A stretch of DNA of 64,000 nt from an uncultured Oscillospiraceae bacterium (GTDB lineage Bacteria; Bacillota; Clostridia; Oscillospirales; Ruminococcaceae): assembly GCA_902463265.1 (NCBI GenBank), contig CABQEV010000003.1:92242-156241 (forward strand). Reading direction: 5' to 3'. The notes beneath the pieces were generated by a model that made no database searches, was not told where the DNA came from, and saw only the letters and a program-made list of their open reading frames with translations. Each line of letters starts with the position of its first letter. Within the stretch, counting starts at the first letter, position 1. This document shows positions 45,494 to 54,789 of this stretch, piece by piece. A program made the position numbers and the translations under genes.

Positions 45494-46424
45494 AATAATC
45501 ATAATCGCTTCCGCCGACGAATTCACGTATAAGCGAGATTTTAGGCGAATATTTAACGTCCATTGCTTCCAGATCTTTCAGAAATGCACAAATTGTGCGG
45601 TAATCTTCATTATCCGCAAGAGATGAACATTTCAGCAGGTCATCGTAAACGGCGTTTTTGTAAACGGATGCTTCATATGCGAGAAATGTGTCGATCTCGA
45701 CGGATGCACGATCCTTGAACGGCATGATATACAGTTCCTCACCATTTGAAACACTGTCGAAAAGTGTGAATATCTCGCCGATGCTGCGTCCTCTGAAAAG
45801 CCTGTCACGGTTTATGCGGCGGAGCAGGCGGATAAGCCTCGGGTGCATAACTGCGCCGTCTGCGGACATTATTCTTGTACGCACGCTGACATAGATCCCC
45901 TTGGCGAAGCTGCTGACCTGTCCCGTAACTTCGGGATTGAGTGCATGTATGCCCTCGAATATAACGATCTCGTTTTTGCTTCGCTTCATCATGACCGCTC
46001 GGGGACGTGACTGCGTTGCGAAATCAAATACGGGTATTTCAACGGTTTCACAGTTGTTTATCATGTTTATGTGCTTGTTCAGAAGCGGAATATCAAGCCT
46101 GTATGGGGATTCAAGATCTATTGAGCCGTCCTCATTTGTCGGGAGCTCCGTTGTTTCGCCGGGGAGAAAATAGTTATCCATTGAGATCATGTGTGCAGGG
46201 ATACCCTCGCTCTGGAGGATATTTCCTATCCTGAGTGCAGTTGTCGTTTTGCCTGAGCCGGAGGGACCGGATATCAGCACGACGGGGCAGCTGTCCTTGT
46301 CTGCTGCGATCTTTTCGGCTGCTTCGTGAAGCTGAGCGTGGTATACGGCCTCGCTTTCATCTGCGAATGACTGGGGGGATTCTTTTATCCGTCTGTTTAT
46401 CTCGGAAATTTCGATACAGTTCAT
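45492..46424 (-). CDS. Uridine kinase-like P-loop nucleoside kinase family protein
   Basis: Walker A ISGPSGSGKTTTA and FEGIHALNP, as in the Udk/PRK family. Start ATG 46424 (MNCIEISEI) has an AAAGGTG RBS. Confidence 0.7.
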   Translation of the reverse strand: MNCIEISEINRRIKESPQSFADESEAVYHAQLHEAAEKIAADKDSCPVVLISGPSGSGKTTTALRIGNILQSEGIPAHMISMDNYFLPGETTELPTNEDGSIDLESPYRLDIPLLNKHINMINNCETVEIPVFDFATQSRPRAVMMKRSKNEIVIFEGIHALNPEVTGQVSSFAKGIYVSVRTRIMSADGAVMHPRLIRLLRRINRDRLFRGRSIGEIFTLFDSVSNGEELYIMPFKDRASVEIDTFLAYEASVYKNAVYDDLLKCSSLADNEDYRTICAFLKDLEAMDVKYSPKISLIREFVGGSDYDY

Positions 46425-46569
46425 AAAATAGTCAACACCTTTTTGGATTTGCAGCGATGGCTGCATTAATATCATATTATATCTGTGCGAATATGTCAAT
46501 GGATAATTTATTACGGGATATTATTTTATGCATATTCAACAAAAAATATCAATATAAAATGCAATTTGC

Positions 46570-46673
46570 GATTTTACACAGATTTTACACAGCGCAGCCG
46601 ATGATTTTACATTGTTAAGATAGACTGTAAAATGATAAGAACAAGCGTAAAATGTGTGAAAGGTTGTAAAATC
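46570..46673 (+). promoter_or_regulatory. Array of six GATTTTAC-type motifs (three direct, three inverted), Pho-box-like, upstream of the Na/Pi transporter
   Basis: GATTTTACACA occurs twice in tandem (46570-46591) and GATTTTACA once (46603-46611). Their TTTACA cores lie at 46573, 46584 and 46606, in 11-bp phase. The inverted copies are GTAAAATG (46627, 46647) and GTAAAATC (46666). Confidence 0.5.
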
Positions 46674-46676
46674 AGC

Positions 46677-48428
46677 ATGAATATTTTTTCATTTTTCTCC
46701 TTGCTGGGCGGTCTTGCATTTTTTCTTTTCGGAATGAATATTATGGGTACAAGCCTTGAAAAGCTGTCGGGCGGAAAGCTTGAAAAGGTCCTTGAAAAGC
46801 TTACTTCAAGCCCGATAAAAGGCGTATTTCTGGGACTTGCGGTAACTGCCGTAATTCAGTCGTCATCTGCGACTACTGTAATGGTCGTGGGTTTTGTAAA
46901 CTCTGGCATCATGAAGCTGAGCCAGGCGGCGGGTGTTATCATGGGCGCAAACATAGGAACGACAGTTACGGCGTGGATACTGAGCCTTACGGGACTTCAG
47001 GGCGACGGTCTGCTGATAAACCTTCTCAAACCGACGAATTTTTCGCCTGTTATTGCACTTGCGGGCATTGTGCTTTATATGTTCTGCAAAAGCGAAAAAA
47101 AGAAAGAGGTCGGAACGATCTGCCTTGGATTTGCACTTCTTATGTTCGGAATGGATACAATGAGTACCTCAGTCCAGCCGCTTGCGGACGATCCGACATT
47201 TACATCTGTACTGACAATGTTCTCAAATCCTGTTTTCGGCGTGCTTGCGGGCGCACTGCTTACAGCCGTTATCCAGAGCTCGTCGGCATCTGTCGGAATA
47301 CTTCAGGCACTTTCTTCAACCGGAGCCATCACATTCGGCGCAGCTATACCTATTATTATGGGACAGAACATCGGAACATGCGCAACTGCACTGATATCCA
47401 GCGTCGGAACTAATAAAAACGCAAAGCGTGCGGCATTTATCCATCTTTATTTCAATATTATCGGAACTACTATTTTCCTTCTGGTGTTTTACACTTTCAA
47501 TGCGATATTCAAATTTTCGTTTATCGACGGACCTGTGAATGAGCTGAATATTGCGGTCGTGCATACGGTGTTCAATGTCCTTGCAACGGCTGTTCTGCTG
47601 CCGTTCAACAAGCAGCTTGAAAAGCTTGCGACGCTTACGGTCAAGGACGGCGAAAACGCTGACAACGGATTTCGTCTGCTTGATGAAAGATTTCTTGCAA
47701 CTCCGTCATATGCGGTCGAGCAGTGTGCCGAGGTATCTGCAAAAATGTCGGTGAATGTTGAAAAATCCATCGTTGATGCGATCAATATGATAGGCGCATA
47801 CAGCGATAAGACAGCTGTGGAGATAACAGAAAGCGAAAGCCTTGCGGATGCTTATGAGGACAGGATAGGCACATATCTCGTAAAGCTTGCGGGTCACGAT
47901 GTTTCGGCATCCGACAGTTCAAGGATATCGGGACTTCTCCACACGATAGGCGATCTCGAAAGAATAAGCGACCATTCTGTGAACATAATGGAATCATCAA
48001 GGGAGCTGAAGGAAAAGGAACTGGAATTTCCCGAAGAGGCAGTCAGCGATATCAAGGTGATATCGGAGGCGGTCAAGGAGATAGTTTCGCTGTCGTTTGA
48101 AGCTTTCCGCAGCGGCAGTGCCGAGGGTGCGCTCAGGGTTGAGCCGCTGGAAGAGGTCATCGACGAGCTGCGTTCGGAGATAAAAACACGTCAGATCGAC
48201 CGCCTGCGTGACGGATTCAGCACTATGGAGATGGGATTTATCTTCACCGACCTGCTCACAGATCTCGAACGTGTCGCTGACCACTGCTCGAACATTGCGA
48301 TAACGCTTATACAGAGCAGGGACAATGTTTTCGATGTTCACAGCTATATCGACCATGTGCATGAGCAGGACGAGGAATTCGGCGGAAAATACAAGGATTA
48401 CAAGAAGAAATACGCACTCGTTCCGTGA
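46677..48428 (+). CDS. Na/Pi cotransporter family protein with PhoU-like domain (paralog of 7179-8975)
   Basis: Contains VIQSSSATTVMVVG, VIQSSSASVGILQA, DLERISDHSVNI and DLERVADHCSNI. Start set to ATG 46677 (MNIFSFFSLLGG), which aligns with the N-terminus of the paralog. Confidence 0.9.
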   Translation: MNIFSFFSLLGGLAFFLFGMNIMGTSLEKLSGGKLEKVLEKLTSSPIKGVFLGLAVTAVIQSSSATTVMVVGFVNSGIMKLSQAAGVIMGANIGTTVTAWILSLTGLQGDGLLINLLKPTNFSPVIALAGIVLYMFCKSEKKKEVGTICLGFALLMFGMDTMSTSVQPLADDPTFTSVLTMFSNPVFGVLAGALLTAVIQSSSASVGILQALSSTGAITFGAAIPIIMGQNIGTCATALISSVGTNKNAKRAAFIHLYFNIIGTTIFLLVFYTFNAIFKFSFIDGPVNELNIAVVHTVFNVLATAVLLPFNKQLEKLATLTVKDGENADNGFRLLDERFLATPSYAVEQCAEVSAKMSVNVEKSIVDAINMIGAYSDKTAVEITESESLADAYEDRIGTYLVKLAGHDVSASDSSRISGLLHTIGDLERISDHSVNIMESSRELKEKELEFPEEAVSDIKVISEAVKEIVSLSFEAFRSGSAEGALRVEPLEEVIDELRSEIKTRQIDRLRDGFSTMEMGFIFTDLLTDLERVADHCSNIAITLIQSRDNVFDVHSYIDHVHEQDEEFGGKYKDYKKKYALVP

Positions 48429-48508
48429 TTGACATATTGTTTTTCGGGTGATATAATAAGTGTGTCCGTACTGCGGTGCGGACATATTTTTTATTTCAGG
48501 TGATGGAT

Positions 48509-49528
48509 ATGGATTTTTATCCCGATTATTATTCAAAGTTTAAATGCATAGCCTCGGAATGCAGCGATAACTGCTGTATAGGCTGGGAAATAGATATTGA
48601 CGATGCAACATATTTACATTATAAAAACTGCGGCGGTGAGTTTGAAAAGCGTGTTGCCGAATGTATACGTACAGATGAGGACGGTGTGCACAGCTTCATT
48701 CTTGATGAGCATGAACGATGTCCTTTTCTGAACGACAAAAATCTATGTGATGTCTACATAAATCTTGGCAGCGATGCGCTCGGAAATATATGCACGGATC
48801 ACCCGAGATTCCGCAATTTTCTGTCATTCGGCACGGAAACGGGCATAGGCTTATGCTGTGAAGCGGCGGCTGAAATAATCCTCGGCAGGCGAGGAAAATT
48901 TTCGCTTGACAGACCTGAACCGCAGTCGGAGGACGGCTTTGAAAATGCTGTTCTCGGGGTGAGAGGTGCGGCATTCCGCATATTGTCGGCTGACGGAGAT
49001 GTGTTTGGTTCTCTGCGCAGGCTGTGTGCAACAGCAAAGCGGATACAGCCGCTGCTGGATTGCGAACAGTATGATGAGGTATGCCGTATATGTGCGGAAA
49101 ATACGCAGTCTGCGGATAATGAGCCGTCGTTTCCCGGTCTGTCGGATGATATGATAAAAATGATGGGAACGCTCGAAAGTATATCTCCCGAGTGGGACGC
49201 GATGCTGGAGAAAATATCCCGTTACAATGGCGGATACAGCTTCGATGATGAAACAAATATCCATATAAATGAGGAGCTGAAGCAGGCGGCGCAGTATTTT
49301 GTTTTCAGGCATTTTACAGAAGCGTGCGATGACGGTGAGATCATCTCAAAGGCGTATTTTGCTCACTTCGGCTGTGCGGTCATCTATGCATCGTGGTGTG
49401 CGGCAGGCTGCGGGTCGTTCAGAGAGCGGACAGATGCGGCAAAGCTGTTTTCAAAGCAGTTTGAATATTCCGAGGAAAACATGGGCGCAGTCTATGATTT
49501 CCTTTATGATACATACGCTGAGATGTAA
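48509..49528 (+). CDS. Cys-rich YkgJ/FliB-like protein (flagellin lysine-N-methylase family, tentative)
   Basis: N-terminal FKCIASECSDNCCIGWEIDIDD (C-x4-C-x3-CC) is typical of the family. An AGGTGA RBS precedes the ATGs at 48503/48509. Confidence 0.6.
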   Translation: MDFYPDYYSKFKCIASECSDNCCIGWEIDIDDATYLHYKNCGGEFEKRVAECIRTDEDGVHSFILDEHERCPFLNDKNLCDVYINLGSDALGNICTDHPRFRNFLSFGTETGIGLCCEAAAEIILGRRGKFSLDRPEPQSEDGFENAVLGVRGAAFRILSADGDVFGSLRRLCATAKRIQPLLDCEQYDEVCRICAENTQSADNEPSFPGLSDDMIKMMGTLESISPEWDAMLEKISRYNGGYSFDDETNIHINEELKQAAQYFVFRHFTEACDDGEIISKAYFAHFGCAVIYASWCAAGCGSFRERTDAAKLFSKQFEYSEENMGAVYDFLYDTYAEM

Positions 49529-49552
49529 AATTTATAGAAAATCGATAAAAGC

Positions 49553-49592
49553 TTGACTTCTACTTGACAATTCTGATATTATAATATATACT
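49553..49592 (+). promoter_or_regulatory. Promoter region of the large secreted protein gene (two overlapping candidate promoters)
   Basis: Candidate 1: TTGACA (49564-49569), 17 nt, TATACT (49587-49592). Candidate 2: TTGACT (49553-49558), 18 nt, TATTAT preceded by TGA. Confidence 0.5.
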
Positions 49593-49661
49593 ATATGTGA
49601 ATGTATCAAGAGAAGAAAGGAAGTTATCGATGAAAAAATATTAAGTGTAATAACGGCAGCG

Positions 49662-52646
49662 GTGATGATATTCTGTCTGATGCCGCCCGTAAGGTCGTTT
49701 GCGCTGGATAAGGTCAGTGCTGTTGAATATACCGTAAATGCGGATAATTCTGTCAGCAAAGCAGATGTGACCTTTTCGGCTGAAAAAATAGACGGATCAT
49801 TTGATAATCTGAGCAGCGGCAATTATTATGTAAGCGGAAATGTTGTAATTTCCGGCAGAATAGAGGTATCGGGAGATGTAAACCTTATCCTGACTGACGG
49901 CTGTTCGCTTACAGCAAAGAAAGGTATCCATCTTAAAGAGGGAAATTCTCTCACGATATACGGTCAGACAAACAGCACAGGCACTCTGACTGCGGAAATC
50001 TGTAATTATGTCCAAGCCGCAATAGGCGGAAATGACAAAGAAAATGCGGGAACTGTTCAAATACACGGCGGTAAAATTATAGCGCAGTATGATGCTGATT
50101 TGCTTAGAGTCTATGCCCCTTGTGGAGCGGCAATAGGCGGCGGAAATGAGGGAAACGGCGGAAATGTCACTGTTTTCGGCGGCACTGTTGATATTCAGCA
50201 GTGTGACACTGATACCGCGGGAATAGGCGGAGGATATAAAGGAAAAGGCGGTACAGTAAAAATATACGGCGGAGACATTACCGCAAGCAACGGCATAGGC
50301 GGAGGAAGGGACGGCGCTAACGGCGATCTTTACATTTACGGCGGAAATGTTAAAGCCACAGCGCAGCTTCAGGGAGATGTCAGCGGCGGTAAGGTAACTG
50401 TTGCGGGCGGAGAGTTTAACATTACCGTAACAGAGCAATGGAGCGAAACTGCGTTGGTTGCCGACAGCGTAACGATAAGCGGAGGAAAGCTTACAGCTAT
50501 CGGAAAAAATACGGGAATAAATTCCCCGTCCGTTACGATAAGCGGCGGAGAGCTTGAAGCATACGGAGAAAACGGTGCTCTTTCCTCAGAGCCTGCATTG
50601 TCGTCCGCTTATGATCCTGCCATACTTTTTGGCAAGGAGCGTTATCATGGCGGCACTTCGGCATACGGAGAGAAATATTTTTACGTTGAAAAAGGCAGTG
50701 ATCACAAAGTAACATTTGATTACGGAAGCGGAAGGACAGAGATCTATACTATCCCCGCAACAGGAAAGGTCAGCTGCCCTCCCCCTGAAAAATTGGTAGA
50801 AGCTTTTGTAATTTGGTATAGCGGTGATGAGCTTGCCGATTTCTCAAAGCTTTACACCGATAACGTGACATTTACGGCTAAGTGGGAAAGTGTCACTGTA
50901 GTTGATTATATTAATGTTAATGGTGAGGACATTTGGACGGAGACAGCATATATCAAAGTACCGCCCCTGTCATCTTCCGAATCGGATGTTTATTTGAATA
51001 GTGAGAGCAAAGACAATGGTTCTTATGGTATTTATGAAAATAAATTTGTATGTAATTATTATTATGTAAAAGGCGATGTTGTAATAAACGGCAATTTGTA
51101 TATTCCGTCATGGGATGTGCATCTGATCATTACAGACGGAAGTTCACTTACGGTTAATGGACGTGTAGTAGCAGACGGAGATTTTTGTGTATACGGACAA
51201 AAAGGCGGAACAGGAAAGCTTACTATAAATGCTGACAGTGATGAACCTGCGATTAATTTTTTGAGATTAGCAGGCGGAAATGCTGAGATAACAAACTTGA
51301 AAGGTCCTGCCGTTTCCGGATATACCTATGTTTTGGGCGGCAGTCTTACAGCAGAGAGCAAGAATAGTCCCGCAATTCGGTATGATGGCGGTTGTCTGAT
51401 TTTTAATCATGGCAAGCTTATTGCCAAAAGCGGCATGGGTAAGGCTATTGATTATCCCGAAGGAAAAATAGGATTCAGGAACAAAAATATTTATTACGAC
51501 ATATACACAAGCTCCTCCGCAAACGGCTCGGGAAAGACAAAGCTTGCGGATATTTCGCAGCTTTACACAGCACTTGAAACCAGCGCATACGCCGAATTCA
51601 AGCCTATGTTCTGCAATCACAGCGCAAACACAAACACGACCTGCGAGGGCGCAGACTGCTCCGTTTGCGGTGAATATATAGCTCCTACAGGACATATCAA
51701 AGGCGATCCCGTAAGCGAAAACAGGACATTTGCAAGCTGCACCGAGGGCGGCTCTTATGATGAAGTTATTTACTGCACAGCCTGCGGCAAGGAGATAAGC
51801 AGGGAAAACAAAACTATTGAACCTTCCGAGCATACAGCAGGCGATCCCGTTATCGAAAATGAAGCGGCTGACGGAAGCTATGATGAGGTCATTTACTGTT
51901 CTGTCTGCAATACCGAGATGAGCAGAGAGAGAAAAACTTCCGAGCCTGCCGAACACGTTCATACCGAGGGTATGGCTGAGGTTATCACAATGCCGACATT
52001 CACTTCTGCGGGTTCGAGGGTGTTCAGGTGTACGATTTGCGGTGAGATTCTCAGGACTGAAATTATCCCGCCGATAACAACTGTTTTTACAACAGCAACA
52101 ACATCTTCAGACAATGCATCTCAGGTAATTTACACCGAATTTCCCAAGCTTAAATATTCTGTCGAGATAACTGACGGAAAGGCGGTCATTTCTTGGAATG
52201 ATATTGAAACTGCCGATAAATACGTGATCTATGCCGTAAGAAACGGCAAAACGACCGAACTTGGCAAGACGGATAAGACATCATTTGAAACAAAACATGC
52301 AAGCGGAACAGGCTATCTTGTGAGATACATGAAAAACGGTGTTCTGTCACCCAAATCGAAGTCGATAAGTGAGGATATCATCTCAAATAAGCCAATAGTT
52401 GCGGCTGTTTCGGGCAATGACAGCGTAAATCTTTCATGGCAGGATATGGGTGCTGAAAAGTACAATATCTATAAATATGCTGACAAAAAGGCTGTCAAGA
52501 TAGGTGAGGTAAAAGGAACATCTGTCAGGATAAAAGATCTCACTGCCGATACCGAGTATAAGTTTATCGTGACTGCGGTAATTGACGGAGAAGAAACTGA
52601 AATGCTGGTCAGAGATATTGTGACGATCAGGACTGAAAAAATATAA
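49662..52646 (+). CDS. Large secreted repeat protein (Gly-rich beta-helix-like modules, Cys-repeat modules, two FN3-like domains); N-terminus interrupted by a frame problem at an A6 tract
   Basis: The ORF-track ORF starts at GTG 49662 with no RBS. The RBS-backed ATG at 49630 is in another frame and stops after 4 codons. Joining the two yields the signal peptide MKKILSVITAAVMIFCLMPPVRSFA. Confidence 0.75.
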   Translation: MMIFCLMPPVRSFALDKVSAVEYTVNADNSVSKADVTFSAEKIDGSFDNLSSGNYYVSGNVVISGRIEVSGDVNLILTDGCSLTAKKGIHLKEGNSLTIYGQTNSTGTLTAEICNYVQAAIGGNDKENAGTVQIHGGKIIAQYDADLLRVYAPCGAAIGGGNEGNGGNVTVFGGTVDIQQCDTDTAGIGGGYKGKGGTVKIYGGDITASNGIGGGRDGANGDLYIYGGNVKATAQLQGDVSGGKVTVAGGEFNITVTEQWSETALVADSVTISGGKLTAIGKNTGINSPSVTISGGELEAYGENGALSSEPALSSAYDPAILFGKERYHGGTSAYGEKYFYVEKGSDHKVTFDYGSGRTEIYTIPATGKVSCPPPEKLVEAFVIWYSGDELADFSKLYTDNVTFTAKWESVTVVDYINVNGEDIWTETAYIKVPPLSSSESDVYLNSESKDNGSYGIYENKFVCNYYYVKGDVVINGNLYIPSWDVHLIITDGSSLTVNGRVVADGDFCVYGQKGGTGKLTINADSDEPAINFLRLAGGNAEITNLKGPAVSGYTYVLGGSLTAESKNSPAIRYDGGCLIFNHGKLIAKSGMGKAIDYPEGKIGFRNKNIYYDIYTSSSANGSGKTKLADISQLYTALETSAYAEFKPMFCNHSANTNTTCEGADCSVCGEYIAPTGHIKGDPVSENRTFASCTEGGSYDEVIYCTACGKEISRENKTIEPSEHTAGDPVIENEAADGSYDEVIYCSVCNTEMSRERKTSEPAEHVHTEGMAEVITMPTFTSAGSRVFRCTICGEILRTEIIPPITTVFTTATTSSDNASQVIYTEFPKLKYSVEITDGKAVISWNDIETADKYVIYAVRNGKTTELGKTDKTSFETKHASGTGYLVRYMKNGVLSPKSKSISEDIISNKPIVAAVSGNDSVNLSWQDMGAEKYNIYKYADKKAVKIGEVKGTSVRIKDLTADTEYKFIVTAVIDGEETEMLVRDIVTIRTEKI

Positions 52647-52654
52647 GATAAGAG

Positions 52655-52684
52655 GCTGCTGCGGGAAACTGCGGCAGCTTTTTT
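52655..52684 (+). terminator. Intrinsic terminator after the large secreted protein gene
   Basis: 10-bp stem GCTGCTGCGG / CTGCGGCAGC (two G-U pairs), GAAA loop, T6. Confidence 0.7.
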
Positions 52685-52735
52685 CAATGCTGTGAAAATT
52701 CATGGAAATCGCTTGAAATCGGCATATTGATATGA

Positions 52736-53908
<1,173 letters not shown>

Positions 53909-54048
53909 ATAAATGTGGAAGCGTATGCAATCGTCTGTTTATAAGTCATTAAATATTTAAAATTACATGCGGTATAATTCACAGGCACATGGTATAATGA
54001 TGTGTAATACAGCGTGCTGTATTGAAATAAAAAATGGAGCTGTTTGAA

Positions 54049-54705
54049 ATGAAAAAGCTGATTATTTTTGATCTGGACGGAACGCTTGTGAACTCTGTCG
54101 ATGATCTTGCGGACGCTGCAAATGCGGCGCTTGAAGAGAACGGTTTTCCCCGCAGAACTACGGACGAAATAAGACGCTTTGTGGGTAACGGAGTCGGCGT
54201 TCTGATAAAGCTTGCCGTCCCCGAGGGTGAATATAATGACGAAACTGCGGTTAAAATGAGAAAGAGCTTCGATGTTTATTACCGCGGACATTTTTCGGTA
54301 AAAACAAGGCCGTATGACGGTATCCCAGAGCTTATAAGTGAGCTGAAAAAGAAGGGGATACTGCTTGCAGTAGCTTCCAACAAGCCCGATGAGTTTACAA
54401 AGCTGATAGTTAAGACTTTCTTCGGGGATATGTTTGATGCTGTTCAGGGACAAACTGATGAGATACCCAGAAAACCCGATGCCGCAGTAGTGCGCAAAAT
54501 ACTTGCAGATCTTGGCGTAACTGCCGAAGAGACTGTATTTGCGGGGGATTCCGATGTCGATATACTTACGGCTAAGAATTCCGGCACGCTGTCAGTCGGA
54601 TGCAGCTGGGGATTCAGACCGAGAAAGCTCCTTGAGGATACGGGTGCAGAGTATATTGCGGATAAACCGAGTGATATACTGAATATGGAATTTATTTCCA
54701 AGTGA
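54049..54705 (+). CDS. HAD-family hydrolase (phosphoglycolate phosphatase-like)
   Basis: Motif I FDLDGTLVNS, motif II ASNK and motif IV GDSDVD. Start set at ATG 54049. Confidence 0.8.
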   Translation: MKKLIIFDLDGTLVNSVDDLADAANAALEENGFPRRTTDEIRRFVGNGVGVLIKLAVPEGEYNDETAVKMRKSFDVYYRGHFSVKTRPYDGIPELISELKKKGILLAVASNKPDEFTKLIVKTFFGDMFDAVQGQTDEIPRKPDAAVVRKILADLGVTAEETVFAGDSDVDILTAKNSGTLSVGCSWGFRPRKLLEDTGAEYIADKPSDILNMEFISK

Positions 54706-54789
54706 GTCAAACCTGCCGTGTTATGTGTGCCGGATTTTTTCGGCATACATATGGGGAGAAAAACGGCTGTATGAAAGGATATTTTTATT

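Noticed and set aside
46632-46676. 15-codon N-terminal extension of the second Na/Pi transporter (ORF-track start 46632).
   Set aside because: The extension (MIRTSVKCVKGCKIS) is not hydrophobic and has no counterpart in the paralog. It also overlaps the repeat-motif array. ATG 46677 aligns with the paralog's N-terminus.
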